Made by a program: the position numbers and the translations under genes. Below, piece after piece: positions 13,770 to 28,532 of a stretch of 64,000 nt of DNA. The stretch lies in the NCBI RefSeq assembly GCF_009914755.1, contig NC_060928.1; one strand, given 5' to 3'. Origin of the DNA: the human T2T-CHM13v2.0 reference genome, Homo sapiens. Below the pieces are notes generated by a model. That model was not told where the DNA came from. It did no database searches and saw nothing but the letters and a program-made list of their open reading frames with translations. Every line of letters starts with the position of its first letter. The first letter of the stretch is position 1.

Positions 13770-14880
13770 CTACAGAAAAGAAAAGGACAGAAAACAAAAA
13801 GAACAGTATTTATCAAGGAACTTCCACGCTAGCTGGGGCCACAGGTAATATACATATAAAACAAAGAGACCAAAATAAATGTTATCTATAATTCTATGCC
13901 TAGAACTGCACACAATGATCAGCAAGTATTTTTGAGAAAAGTATTCTTCTTTGTGGTATAACCTGAAAATGCCACAGGAATATGGAAAGGAATAATTATT
14001 AAGGGCTAGAATAGTCAGAAAAGTATTTTTCAAGAGCTCAGTCTTGGTTCTTACAGGTGATACAGTACCTGGACTGACAGACATGGAAGGAAAATCAGTA
14101 GGTGTCAAGAATATATAAAATAGAGCAATATATAGAGTCAAAAGGGAGCAAAGTCACACAACGGGCACCACTTTAGTCCAAGAACCATCCTGGATGAACT
14201 ACATGGATACTGGTGCCCCAGCTCCCTTCTTAGTTTAGCCTCAGAGATCCTGCACAAACATCTAAATAATGCCATTTCCCTACATGAAGACTTACCAACA
14301 TGATACTCACAATAGTTATTACGCGAAGTGCAACCTCAACCGGATCAGAAAAACCTCCCTTTCCTTGGATCTTTCCATTCACCCGTGTTTTTCCTCTGTT
14401 CCTCTAAAGCAAATTACTCCATAGTTATCTCATCTCAGGTGAGAAAAACAAGGTCAAAGGAAGTTATTTATATACTTTCCACTCACTACAACTGGAAGCT
14501 TGAGGTGAGAAGCGAAGGCTCTGGATGCTCGACCCCACCTCTTCCCAGTGCATTACACTTCCCTGATAGCCCATCCCCTCAATGACCCTCAGCACCCCTT
14601 ACTTCATCTACAGCTTCCTACTTTTACTCTGCAGGAGGTAAACTCTCTTCCAGAACGCAGGTTACCAAAAGGTTTCCAACTGTCCACTGTTCTCTTTGCT
14701 CTGAGCTGGCCTTGTGGTCCTTTCTACCAAATGTGGTCTTAATGTTCCCTCCAAAAAATGACAAGGGAGGAAGGTTGATTTCATTTATGCAGATCTACTT
14801 AAGGAGTTGCACCTTCTAGGAGTACTATGATCTAAAGCCTACATGTGAGGGGGGAAGCGTTTACAGTAAAAAATATCCTT

Positions 14881-15263
<383 letters not shown>

Positions 15264-16059
15264 TTACTTCCTCCAGCATTAAAACGGATTCCTGGTTCTT
15301 TGAGTATTATGTCAAGTGGCTTGCTTATGTTAGGGTTTATTCCATATATATGTGTATGTACACACATACACATACACACTTCTTTAAATACCAGATTCAT
15401 AATCTGTCTGGGGAGTCAGTGTTACCATGAGAGATACCTGGAGTTGAAACAGAAGAAGAAAGCAGACTTCTTTCCACCTTTGCCAGCCTCACGCAACAGG
15501 AGGCGGAATCTATCTACATGTGTCGTACTTTCTCTTTTCAATACATTTACAGTTGAAGTCACATGGGTTAAGTGCACGCAATATGTAAACTCTATTGTAT
15601 AAATTAACAGATGTTTGGATTTAAAGGACTTAGTCTAACCAAATCCACATAGAGTAGAACTTCTGGTTAGGAACTTTCTAATATGTTCTACGCTGGCTAG
15701 AACCAGAACAAGATCTGCTCTTTCAAGGTGAGAAAAAGAAAACCTTTTGAGTTGCAAACAAAAACAGCCAAGACTAATGAAAGATAAACAAATCATACTC
15801 AGTTCAGTCAGTTTTCCAATCAGGAAAAAAAGTATGTTTTGATTAGTTAGTATCTACAAGTATCAGTTCTTTCACGTAAAAATCGAGAAGCAACAGGACT
15901 TTCAGAAAGCAGAGGAGATTCCACATATATAATTTTTCACTGACCTTAGTGAACTCTGAATTTTGAACCCCAGAGGCCACTTCACCACACTCTCCGGACA
16001 GCAGCTTCCCTGTCCCTCCATGTCACCTAAACCTGATTCAGTGGTGCTCTTCTGTCTTG

Positions 16060-17175
16060 AATGGCTGATTTTTCTCATCTGAGTCTCTTTGGTAGCCCTT
16101 CCTCCTGTACCCGATCCTTAAGTGTTTGCTGGTTCAGTGCTCTATTCACTACAGTAACATGTCAGCCATCCTTTAATGATGGTATTCTCCAATATGTCCT
16201 CATCATTCTTTCTTGTATTTATTCCCTATACCTACTCTGTTTCCTACACATGCTTTGTTTCCTATAGATTCCTAACTAAAATTAAAACCATCATCAAAAT
16301 CCTAAAATCACATCTTCAGCTCTGGCTATTGAGTCATATTTCCAACAGCCTCCTCTACCTGGACATCCCATAGACACGGAAATTACCTAAAAAACGAAAC
16401 CAGTATCTTGCCCACTGATTCAGCACCTCTCCTGGAGTCCTGACTTCAGTTCCTGGCATTACCAGTGACATACTTGCTGCCCTAGAAGCCCAGGGCCAAT
16501 CTTGACAATCCCCTCTCTCTTCTTACCAAGGTCTACCAATTCTTCCTTTAAAACATTAACTTTTTTCCCCTTTTTCCTATACTCCACCCTGGTTTAGTCC
16601 TCTCCATCTCTCTCCAGGTTATTGCAAAAGCTTCTTGATTGAGTACCATTCTTCCCATCTTTCCTCCCTTCAATGCTAACTCCACCTGGCAGCCAGTCAG
16701 CAGCTCACACAGATCAGATATGGTTCTGCTGAAACCCTTCAGTGGTTCTTCATTACCTCCAGAATAAAGTCCTACCTTCTCAGTGCGGGCCATCCCAGAA
16801 CCTCTACAACTGGACACAGGCCATCTCTTTAGTCATGCTTCACACCTGCCTCCCCTGAATCTCTAGGTCACAATTTTCTTTTTATACTACTTTTCATTTC
16901 TCCCAAACACGTCAATGGGTTCACACTGCTCCTTGGTCTGAGAATCCCCTACCAATTTTCCAGGAGTGAACATGCCCAGACGGTACCCTCTCTGTGAAGA
17001 CTTCCCTAAGTTTCTCAGGCAGAGTCTGTCCTTTCCCCTACTCGGCTTCCACAGTACCTGCACCTGCCTATGATTTTCTGCAGTATACTACATTCATTTT
17101 CTTGTCTGGTTTTCTCATTCACCTTTGCATCACTGGGACCCAGCACATAACAGGTACTCAACAAATCTTTGCTAA
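16060..17175 (+). mobile_element. L2 LINE relic (3' portion)
   Basis: L2-like motifs (ccaacagcctcctctacctggacatccca; cagaataaagtcc; 3' end cccagcacataacaggtactcaacaaatc); boundaries approximate. Confidence 0.55.
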
Positions 17176-17991
17176 AACAATATACAGGTCAGAGGAGAAG
17201 AAGAAAAATCATAGAGAACAAAAACAGAATCAGACAGTGAGAAGCTAAAAATGAAATGGAAAGGGAAGTGACTAAGAAAAGAAAGAATTAGACATAAAAC
17301 GGAGTGGCCAAATTAGTCTCTTTAGGAGTCAGGCAGCAAAGAACAGAACCGACAAAGAATTGAGGAAGTGATGTGAACAGCAAACTGAGCTAAACTTTCA
17401 TGTGGGTGATTTGTCCCTTCTGATATGATAATTTCTGGTATTTTCTCATTTTTCTTTACCGCTGAATTTCTCTATTGAAAGATGATCTATATGAAAACAA
17501 AACTGGAATTAATCAAAATGTTCAATAGTAATGGAATTGCTTAATAAATAACAACGTACCAATATAAAACAAAAATCAGACATGACAAAAGAAGAGCATT
17601 CCAGATACTTGAGAAAAGAACTTGTGATTGTGACAGAATTGTTCTGAGACTTGGGGAGTTAGCAGGGAAGGAGTGAAAAGCTTCACTCAAGGTAGCAGCT
17701 GCTGCTGATTCAGGAGCCTCTACTCTGTATGTGTAGCTAAGTGACTGTAAAGGTAACCCAACGGGTACCTGAACCTCAAACCCCCTGAGGGAACAGGGTA
17801 CCATGATGCAGTCACAGCCAGTGAGTGCCCTGGGTTTGGGAATAAGGAGATCCTCATTGTCCACACTAAGTGCAAGGAAAGAAATTACGCAGCCCACAAG
17901 AATGCCATCTGGGTTAAAGAGATACAGAAACACATTACTGCACAATCATTTTCAATTTTAAAAAGCAAATTAAATAAAAAGGTTTATTTGG

Positions 17992-18283
17992 GGCCGGGCA
18001 TAGTGGCTCACGCCCGTAATCCCATCAATTTTGGGAGGCCAAGGTGGGAGGATCACCTGAGGTCAGGAGTTTGAGACCAGCCTGTCCAAAATGGCGAAAC
18101 CCCGTCTCTACTAAAAATACAAAAAATTAGCCAGGTGTGGTGGCAGGTGCCTGTAATCCCAGCTACTTGGGAGGCTGAGGCAGGAGAATCACTTGAAACC
18201 CAGAGGCAGAGGCTGCAGTGAGCCGAGATCGTGTACTGTACTCCAGCCTGGGTGACAAGAGTGAAACTCCATCTCAAGAAAAA
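17992..18283 (+). mobile_element. AluS SINE (Sx/Sq-like)
   Basis: Full dimer; TSD-like aggtttatttgg on both sides. Confidence 0.92.
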
Positions 18284-18944
18284 GAGGTTTATTTGGAAAA
18301 TTATTCTCCACAATGGTGTCTTCTCTGGTGACTGGAGATGACAGCTTTGACCATAATGAGAGTTGTGTTATGATCCACAGAAGAGCATGGGATTAGCAAC
18401 CAGAGGAAGGCTGTCCTGGTACCAGCTGTCTTAAACATTAGTCCTGTGACCCTGCTCCAGTCACAGATGTCAATTTCACCGAAAAGAAAATGGAAGCTTA
18501 GAGCAGTTTTTTAATACCTGTCAGCTGTTTGCCTTATCCACAGAATCATCAAAGGACTAAGACAGTATTTGTATGAAAGTATATAAAAACTGCAAAGCAT
18601 GACGCAGTGTCTTCAACTACTTCATATTAACTTCACAAGTACTGTAGTATTAATCAGTTCTGGTTTGGTGGTTATCTAATGTTTATTTCTGCAATCCTAG
18701 CTCTATCATTAAAAGGTAATATGACAAATAAGTATATTTAACAACATATATCATCTAAGTAATTTTCTGTAAACATGTTATCATACAACATAAATACTGA
18801 GTGTTTTAATTACAAGTACAAAACAATACAATGTCTGGATTCTACCTCTAGATATCCAAGAATTTTAATTATAAACACTAGTTTAGATTCTACAATGGAG
18901 AATATAAAAAGTCAAATAAAAACATAACCTATTTTGAGTGTACA

Positions 18945-19120
18945 GCTCTCACAACTATGAAACAGGTTCTACTGTTATGCCCATTTTGCAGATGAAGAAA
19001 CCAAGGCCCAGAGAGGCTAAGGAGATCTCCAAGGTCACACAGGAAGCAAGCAGAAAAGCCAGAATTCAAAGTCAAGCAGTCTATGGCTAGAGTGTGTGCT
19101 TTTCACCATTAGATAGCTTT
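18945..19120 (-). mobile_element. MIR
   Basis: cccattttgcagatgaagaaaccaaggcccagagagg...ccaaggtcacacag: antisense MIR core. Confidence 0.75.
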
Positions 19121-19549
19121 GCCTATTATTGCCTCAAGTGCCTTTGTAAACAGGCCACTGTGTTACTTCTGGAAAATTAGGAGCCCTCTGTCCCTCCCCT
19201 TTACCTGTGCTCCCACTGCAGCTTGGGCTGACTTCTGTGAAGCTACACTCTTTACTAGTTGCTCCCTTACAAGACCATGAACTTTCTAAGAGCAGGCCCC
19301 ATGTATCCCTATATTCTCGAAGTCCAGCCCTGCCGGTGAGTTCTGAATGTAAGGGTAAACTTTGCGTACAATTAGCGCGATGCTAATAGGCTGGGGAATG
19401 GTTTTAAATGATACACTAAAGAAATACTAACCACAACAACAAAGTTTCATAAGGTAAATATCTTGAAAGCTTTGTCTTACCTCCTTCTCACCTACTCCTG
19501 CGTAAGTGGCTTTATTTTAGGGATTAGGATCCTTCTACTTTATAGTATA

Positions 19550-19760
19550 AGGCAGTTTACAAAGGTCTTGCACACATTACTTCATACAATTCTTGCAACA
19601 ATCATGAGAGTTAAACAGAGCAATTAATGGTGTCCATATTTTGTCCATTTTCATATTATGAAAAAACTGAGGTTCACAGAAGTTGAGAGACTTGTCCAAA
19701 GTCATTGAAAAGCTAAGTGACAAATTGGGAATAGTACCTAGTCCAGCGTGCTCTCTCCCC
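19550..19760 (-). mobile_element. MIR
   Basis: tgaaaaaactgaggttcacagaagttgagagacttgtccaaagtca: antisense MIR core. Confidence 0.65.
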
Positions 19761-20331
19761 TACATCAAAATGATCAACCATCTCTCTGACAATTATAATT
19801 TGGCTGTGATTCATGGTGAAGGAGGTAGGAGGGTACAGTGCCTCACTGCCAGAGCCATCGAGTTAGCCTCGCTGCTTCTGCTCTGCCAGGACCATTCCCA
19901 CCTTTTCCTGGAGAAGGCTGCATTTCCCAGAGCGCCACTCAATCTCCAGTGCCGAGGTATACCTGCGTTTCAGTGTTTCGCTTGTTTTTATTTTGTTAAA
20001 CATTGCTCTCTAGAATTCTATAGACCTATCTGAACTTATCTGTCCTATAATTTTGGCTACAGTTGACTGGTTAATTATTTAGCAAAGCCACTGTTCTTTA
20101 CCTATGGGTATCACCAAGAACTCTGACAGCTAAGTACATCTTAACTTCTGTCAGACTTTTGCAGTATTTCATTCCTTCTAAGCAAAACAGTCACTCTCAT
20201 TTGTTATGCCAAACATCTACCTCTACGTTTTAAAAATAAGTATTTTTCCAATAATCCAAATATTTACTTTCTGAACACTGATTTCAGTTTTTAAGATGTC
20301 AATTAATCTTAGTTCATTTATCCCAATCTTA

Positions 20332-20666
<335 letters not shown>

Positions 20667-20702
20667 TTAACATTAGAAGAACTATGTTTTGACAACTGTG
20701 AA

Positions 20703-20904
20703 TTTTCTTTTTTTTTTGAGACAGGGTCTCACTCTGTTGCCCAGGCTGCAGCCCAGTGGCACAATCTTGGCTCACTGTATTTTTTATAGAGACAGGGTTT
20801 CACTATGTTGCCTAGGCTGGTCTTGAACTCCTAGGCTCAAGCAATCCACCCGCCTTGGCCTCTCCAAGTGCTACGATTATAGGTGTGAGCTACCGTGCCC
20901 AGCC
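20703..20904 (-). mobile_element. Alu with internal deletion (AluJ-like)
   Basis: Jumps from ggctcactg straight to tatttttatagagacaggg; TSD caactgtgaat on both sides. Confidence 0.85.
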
Positions 20905-20992
20905 GTCAACTGTGAATATGTAATATGAGGAAAATAATACCAATCATAAATCCAAATCAATTCCTCCAGCACATACGTACATATATATATAC

Positions 20993-21296
20993 TTTTTTTT
21001 TGGAGACACAGTCTTGCTCTGTCACCTGTTGCCCAGGCGTGAGTGCAGTGGCACGATCTCGTCTCACTGCAACCTCCACCTCCACCTCCTGGGTTCCAGC
21101 AATTCCCCTGGCTCAGCCTCCAAGTAGCTGGGATTACAGGCGCACACCTCCACGCCCAGCTAATTTTTTGTATTTTAGTAGAGACAGGGTTTCACCGTGT
21201 TGCCCATACTGGTCTCGAACTACTGAGCTCAGGCAATCCACCCGCCTCAGCCTCCCAAAGTGCTGGGATTACAGGCGTGAGCCACCGCGCCCAGCC
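20993..21296 (-). mobile_element. AluS SINE
   Basis: Full antisense dimer; TSD-like cctccagca on both sides. Confidence 0.9.
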
Positions 21297-24200
21297 CCTC
21301 CAGCATATTTTTACATGATATCATCTCCTACCACAGAATTGCTCTGTGATCCAGAACTTAAATTCAGAAAAAGCATAGTATAAATTGCTTTTTCTTCACC
21401 CCTAAAAGAAAAAACACAATGTTTAATTATCTTCTAAGAAAGCTTATTTTAGAAATAAGAACCAAAGATTAAAAAGTATTAATTAAAAGTAATGAGTAAT
21501 CATAAATATATTTATATGTTCAGTAATATGTCTAAATATATCTTTCTTAAAATAGCATTGAGCATTTAAAAATTTGGAAAGTAATACTGGTTAACTGTTA
21601 GGAAAATATGAAACATGCATATCTCCATAGTCTTAAATAACATAAAACTTTAGTAAACTTTATTAAGGTTACACTAAAATATTAAATAAGCTTATTGAAC
21701 AGAGACACACTCTTGTACCAGGCCAATTAGTAATCAGCTTTTCTGGGACTCAATCATACAACAGCAATTCTGCCTTCCTAAGTCAAACATTAAGTAAAGA
21801 ACCATTTCACACAGTATATTCAAGTTTTTAAGATGTTTGAAAAAATGTTTATAGTCTCATTTAGAGGAGTAAAGAGTAGAATATTTACACATGTATAGAT
21901 GGAAAACAGGTATAAACAAAGGAGTGACTTTTTCCAAGGTCATAAGGTTATAAAGCAAAGGATTACAAATGAGAATAGAATATCATTAATTTGACAGTCA
22001 ATGCTATATAGGCTTTCCAGAGACTTCTTTTATGCAAGTAGTCCCCAAATTGGAGCACAAATGAGCTGCTAGGATTGAATTTCAGAGCGTAAACTAAGTT
22101 AAAGTTAAAAACTGTCAAAAGCCAAGACACTGAACTGATCAAAAACCAAAATAAGTAACTTTTCATTGTTCGTTTGGTCTATATATACTAATTAAGTAAA
22201 GCAAGTGAGAATTTTAAAAGCAAAGCAATAGTTTGTCAGAAGTAGCTAATTTTACTTTGTATCTGGTTTGTGGTTACTCCAAGTAATTTCCCGGTTTTAT
22301 TATTTTTATTTTTCTTTGTGAACAAATTAATTGGCTCTAGATCATAATTTTAGAATCAGTCACCCTTTAATCATCCATTTGGTTAAGTTTGGGGCCACTG
22401 GGATAACTATGTGATATAGGTGAAGACTGGTTAAATGAAAACATATTTTAATAAAAATGTATTTGTAAGAAGAAACTGACAAATTTTCAATTACACAAAG
22501 AATAAGACATAGGTAATATGAATAGTTAAAACCTTCGTCCCACTCGAAATCTTTTGAGGGTATTGCTAAAAATTCAGTTGACTTTTCTGGGTTTCATTCT
22601 TCCTGCCTCTGCTCAATCTCTAACAGAGGTGAAGCAAGAAGAGGTCTAACCATGGTTAAAGGGAGAGGAGAGAGGCAAAAGAGATGGATAATAAGTTGAA
22701 GTTTTAGAAGTCCAGAGTCACTGTTAAAGAAGAAAGAAATGGGTCCATGGCACTGTTACCAGTAGAAACAATATGTTCACCTATACCCGACTTCAGGCTT
22801 TCTTGTTTTACAAGCAATACCTATCCCCATGCATCTCCAACACCTGCATTACACAGGTACTGTTTCACCTGTGCTACCCTCACAGGTGCTACCCTTATTT
22901 ACACCAAGCCTTCTGTTAAGTCTCCATGGTGACTAGAAGCAACCTAGATGCTTCAGATACTGAACTATCTAGTAGTGGCATTATGAAACAGAACCAAACT
23001 GATTAGGCAAGCAGTCTAAGCAAGCACAGAGTTTACAAAGCAATTCAACAACCCAACCAAGCCAAAAACACAGATTTCCTAATGCTTAGTCCAAAGTTGA
23101 TTTGCTGTACTTAGATTCCTAAATAAAAATATGGCTATACAGAAACTCTCCTACCTAGGACTTCTGCAGATGAATCAAGTGGGGAACAAGCACAAAAACA
23201 TAACATTGATTATTTGGTTTTATGTCAAAAGGAACAACAGAAGTTGGTAGTATTTTCAAGGACAGGAAGAAAATACAGAAGAGATCAATCTGCAGTTCTT
23301 GATAACCACTACATCCAGAGTTCAAGGCCAGTAACCACATATGCAACAAGGAAATACACAATGACCATTCTGAGAGAGCAAATAAAAACAGGAATGATGA
23401 GTGGGATTCCCAATTCTAACTATGTTAAAAGGTGTAAGTACTCGCATCTGAGACATGCGTCAGCCTATTGCCAGGCTAAATATAAGTCAGAACGGGAGTT
23501 CTGAGAACGAAGTGATGAGGAAAAGAAAGCTTAGACTTAATGGAGACACATGTTTAGTATAATACAATATAGAGCATATACAGCTATTCATACAGACAAA
23601 TATACATATCTAGTTTCTAAACATATAAATCAACAAGGAGAGATATAAAACAAAAAATGAACCTCAGACACCACGTTTTATTTTATTCAGATGGAAAGAG
23701 TTTGGATAAGTACCTAATATGTACATTCATTTAGGGAATTCTAGGCTGTTGGGACTGATCAACAAATGTCTTACCTGTAGGAGCCCTAAATTCCTTGTGA
23801 GAAATGATAAAGGGAACTTTGGAACTGACTGATGGTTCAGCCACCAAGACACTAAGATTATGACTTTCAAAAAGAAAAGCCAAAGGTTGCCTTAACTTGC
23901 AGGGGGATCTAGATCTCAAGGGCAGTGGTGCTAGACTCTCAGAGGCACACAAGAATATAAAAAAATCAACAAGTAATACCTTAAGTCCGAGCATCTAGCC
24001 GTGGAGGACTAGTTTGATTCAGGGAGAAATGCTATCCAAATGACTCTAGGTGCTGCCACTCAAAGGCCCTCTGACCCAGGCCAGCTCCTAGGGAATCGTT
24101 TTTAAAAATTCTTAAAAGGAGGGGAAGGAAGGATTACAGAGCAGGGGAAGAGGGCAGCGCTAGACTTAGCAGCCTGGGCATTGAAGAAGGACTAAAATAA

Positions 24201-26129
24201 TTGTTTCTAGTGGGGAAACCTCTAACAAATATGGTTATCGGAGCTACAGACTGGGTGCTAGCAGTGGCAGGAGCTATGTGACTAGCAGAGCAGGGACACC
24301 AGGGGAAAAGAAGGAGGGGCTTATGTGGAGGCTCAGAGAGAACACTGGCCAGTGGCTCCAGCTGAAATACTCCTGGAATTTGGAATTCTCACCTAAATCC
24401 TGATCGCCAAGGCTAGTGTGACTTGGTAAAGCAGGAGTGGCCACTGACATCTCCTCACACAAAATCAATGGAACTGGGGAAAGAACAAGGACTACCCCAA
24501 CAGCTAAACCTGGAGGCATCTCCCTGATAATGACTTCCTGCAACTGTGGGTTAAAAAAAATCCAGCCTTAAACATGGTGAACCATGTTGGTGAAGAATGG
24601 ATACGTGGTATAATGAAGTCCATGGAAGTCCAGGTATCCAGTCCCAGAAAAAGCCAGGGAAGAAGTGTTAAGTGATACTGCAAGCTCAAGATCTGTGCTC
24701 ATCAATAGGCTTCAAACAACTTCATTTCCTCTCCACGCAAACAACAAAAAAAGGCTTTTAAAATGGTGGCTTTCCTGCAACTGAGAAATGTTTTAAAGAA
24801 AGTATAGTGAAGCCTGGCTACATCTATCTCTATTTACAACAGAGTGCTTTTAATATTCAAGTCTAAGTAAGTAAACAGACAGTTGAGAGATTTGCTATTT
24901 TGTCTTACTGAGATCCTGCCAATGAAGAAAGTAAATACTCTTGAAAGCAAATGTTTAACTGAGAACTAAACCAAATAAAGTATGGTTGAGAATTTTTAAG
25001 TGGTTAATTGAAAAAGACCAAACAAGACCGTCTGTAATTTTCCAAAAATATAGACTGCTTCAAATAGAACCTACGTCCAGTTCTGGGAATCAGCAAATCA
25101 ATTAGAATCGCATCTGATCAACTTTATGCCCCTTAAGTAGTTTTAAAATTTCAGTACTCAAGTACAATCAATGATGTAATCAGCCTCACAACTTAGTTAT
25201 TTGCATGAACTTCAGGAAATAACGGCTAACACAGCCCCTTTTGGACAACAGAAGTAATTTTTTAGTTGGAAGAAATTTAATGGAGTTATGGTTCAGTTGC
25301 TGTTTACAGCTTGAGAATTAAAACGTTGGGTTCACTCTATATTCAAGAAGACATCCATCTCAAAACCTTTTTTCATTTAAAACTAATCTGTAACTGCAAT
25401 ATGAATACAAATGCAAGTTTTAAAAATTCTTTTAAAATGAGAATAAAAACCTACAGCTTATAGAAACTGTAACATTGTAACAATACGTTTAAAACTGGTC
25501 ATTGAATGTAGGATTCATAAGTACACATTTTCTCATCTAGTAATTTTTTTGGCATAAGTTTCAGTTCAGGAAAAGTTCAGATGCAACATTTTATGGAGTG
25601 TTAAATATTTCTGTACTGGGCAAAACTACTGAACTTCATGGTCACTACCACACCGTCAGCTGTCTGTGAAAAATCTACTTGCAGGGCAAGTTAACAGGTT
25701 TCTATGGCTCAAGTTTGCTTAAAATACAGAACAAAAAAAGTCACCTTGGCATGAATATAATTAAGAAATCAGCCGTGTGCTTCTCACGTTTGGGCTCCGA
25801 GACGTGGGAGATGCCCGCTAACCTAAGACCTTCCGAGGGCGGTGCAAGGACCCGGACAGAACTTTCCCGGCCGCAGACCCCTTCTAGGGCACACCTGGCC
25901 TGGCGCGGCCGCGGGGGCCTCGGGGCTGCGCGCGCAACCCGCCCGAGGAACTGTCAACGGCCGCGGAGCCTCGGCAGCCTCGGCGGCTCCGCGCGCCCAC
26001 AGCCTGGGGAGCCCCGGGAGGCAACGGCGGCCGCGCGGCTCGGGGGCCGGGGTTCCAAGGCGCCCCCGCCGCCCTCGGTCCCCAGTCCGCCCCTCGGAGC
26101 CCGCCACGGCCTAGCGCCGCCCGCCTCAC

Positions 26130-26328
26130 CTGTGCGGCCCCGGCGCCTCTCCCGCCGCCGGTCGCTCTCGTAGAAGCCCAGCGTCTCTGTGAGCTGAGGC
26201 GCCGGCGGGGGCCCCTGTCCGCCGCTGCCGCCCGGCTGCTCCGCCTCGCCGCGGCCGTCCCGCTGCGGGCCGTCCACGCCGCCACCGCCGCCTTCTCCCG
26301 GAGCGGCCGCGTCGCCGACGCCCGCCAT
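26130..26328 (-). CDS. TAPT1: TAPT1 coding exon 1 (199 nt), MAGVGDAAAPGEGGGGGVDGPQRDGRGEAEQPGGSGGQGPPPAPQLTETLGFYESDRRRERRRGRT; transmembrane anterior posterior transformation protein 1
   Basis: ATG in strong Kozak (aacATGG) at 26328; donor CAG|gtgagg after 26130; recognised TAPT1 N-terminus; splices in frame to exons 2 and 3. Confidence 0.96.
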
Positions 26329-26424
26329 GTTCCGAGCACAACAAACTGTCCCCGCCGCCTCCCTCCAGCCTCTGCCTCCGGCCGGCCCCCTCCCCGCCTC
26401 GCCCCGCCCCTCGCCGGAGCCCGA

Positions 26425-26521
26425 GCCGCCGCCGCCGCCGCCGCCATCCGCGGCCCGCCGACCGGCGCGAGCCATTGGCGTCAGCGACGCGTGTGAGGCC
26501 GCTGCCGCCGCCGCCGCCGCC
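26425..26521. repeat. Two GCC/CGG trinucleotide tracts: (GCC)7 at 26425-26445 and (GCC)6 at 26504-26521
   Basis: Read directly from sequence. Confidence 0.9.
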
Positions 26522-28247
26522 ACGGTAGCCGCCATCTTCTTCCTGCCCTCGCCGTGGCGGGCGACGGTTTCTCGCGCCGTGGCTGGCTCGGCCGGCCGGG
26601 GCACCGCGCCGGGCTCCATGCAGCCGGGCTGCGCGGTCCCGCAGAGCGGGCGCCTCCGGGGCTCGAGTCGGGGACCCGGCAGGAGCGGGCCGGGGATGGC
26701 GGCGGCGGGCGGCGGGTCGGCCGTGGAGCCCCGGAGAGGCGGCCGCCACCACCGCTGCCCGCAGTCTGCGAGGTGTCCGGCGGTCCGCTCAGGGCCTCTT
26801 TTGCAGACTCGGTGCCCGGAGTGCGCCGGCGCCGCCCGCCAGGTCTTGGCACTGCTGGCGCGGCCGCGGCGGCGGGGGCCCGGCTCCAGATCACCGACCC
26901 CCACGAGCGCCGGCCCTGCCTGCCCGCTATTTTGGTTCCATCTCTTCTGCATATTTATGCTTGCCTGTTACATTCCCTGGCCTCTGAGTGTCCTTTGGCA
27001 GTTTCCAAAGCATTTGGGCAAGAAGGAGCTTGGGCAGCTTCACAACAGGTGGGGACGCGCAGGGGAGGGGCCGCGGCCGGACCGGCAGAGTTTCAAGGGC
27101 TGGCGCGCCGGCGGACTTTCCACACTGTCTTTCGGGACTGGGGTTAGGAGACAGCCCTTGGCCACCACTGTGTCCTTACTTTGTCGCTTTACTTGGGGCT
27201 GGACCTCCCCTTTCCAGCTCTGGCGTGTGACCCCGCAACGAGCGTGGTGTCGAGACCACCACCAGCTGGGGCGGTGGGAGCGAAGGTGCCCCAGGCTCGG
27301 GGAAGGTGGAAACCTTTTCCCCGCTCCCCAAGTGATTGTTGCGCGCTCCGGTGAGGGGACAGTGGTACCTCGATTTCCCGTGTGCCAGCTTCGGGACTCA
27401 GCTGTGCTTTTGTGTCTCTTTGATTAGCAAAAGCAAAACGAATTCCTCCCCGAACACTAAGCTTCCTGGAAACTTCCCTAGACCTAAACTTGAGAACCGC
27501 ATATAAATGGGCCTTGAGGGTTCTGTCGTCAGTAGCGGGTTACGTGATTGCAAACGAGCAAGTTTAAAACGGAGTGGGCTTTGGGCTGCAGAGCCGCCTG
27601 GCATTCTGACAGCTGAGCAGGAGGCAGAGGTGAGAGTCCAAGATGGACTAAAAATGTCCCAGCAGCTGGGAGCCCAACCTCGGCCCAACCTCGTTGAAAG
27701 GAGGAACATTCGGTGCAGCCGTCGGAACCTTATTATTTATGAAAGGGGACAGCTCACAGGATTACATTTTTCTAAGCCAATCCTGTGACCATCCTCCATG
27801 AAATTCTCTATTTTGGTTGCATGTGGTCAAAACTGAGCCTCACTGAAACAATTGAAAACAAATACTCCCGACAAATCTTAAGAATCGTTTTGAAAATCAA
27901 AAGGTGGGGAAAATGTTGTGGCTTCTGAGCTTTCTTCAGCCCATATTCTATTATTCTCTGATGTTTTATGGTGTAAAATCATACCCATTCCATTATGTAT
28001 TGATTGTCAAGAAGGAAGTAGGCTTTTATTGCTATTTTTATGTCAGTTTCCATTTACTGTCTCACCACATTTATTGGGTTATTGCCTTTGCCTTTGACTC
28101 AACAGGAGCTGGAAGGGTAGGAATCCCAAATTCTGTTGCCTAAGGCAGCCAGTTGTCAGAATGGACTTTCCTCATTTTCTATTATGAGGCCTGAGGAAAG
28201 ACATTCAGTTCCAAAGGCTGTGCCTATCCTTTTAAATAGAAGAGAGA

Positions 28248-28532
28248 GGACCCGGCACGGTGGCTCACGCCTGTAATCCCAGCACTTTGGGAGGCCGAAG
28301 GGGGCGAATCACGAGGTCAGGAGTTCCAGACCAGCCTGGCCAACATAGTGAAACCCCGTGTCTACTAAAGATACAAATATTAGCCGGGCGTAATGGCGGG
28401 CGCCTGTATTCCCAGCTACTCGGGAGGCTGAGGCAGGAGAATGGCTTGAATCCGGGAGGCGGAGGTTGCAGTGAACCGAACCGAGATCGCGTCGCTGGAC
28501 TCCAGCCCGGGCGACAGAGTGAGACTCCGTCC

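Larger units (their letters stand above)
25770..27400. promoter_or_regulatory. CpG island / bidirectional promoter of TAPT1 and TAPT1-AS1
   Basis: Very high GC and CpG density. GC boxes (ccccgcccc ~26402), CCAAT box on minus (attgg 26474-26478), half-CRE (cgtca 26479-26483), YY1 motif AAGATGGCGGC on minus (26528-26538). Confidence 0.93.

Noticed and set aside
23780-24700. Purine-rich stretch with short ORFs, possibly ERV-internal or pseudogene
   Set aside because: No recognisable protein motif or repeat hallmark by eye
25954-26952. 332-aa minus ORF as a single-exon gene
   Set aside because: Only 26130-26328 is TAPT1 coding; the rest is read-through into intron 1 and the promoter
26327-27427. 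366-aa + strand ORF and other long overlapping ORFs in the CpG island
   Set aside because: Stop codons are rare in GC-rich DNA; products are Pro/Ala/Arg/Gly low-complexity with no recognisable domain
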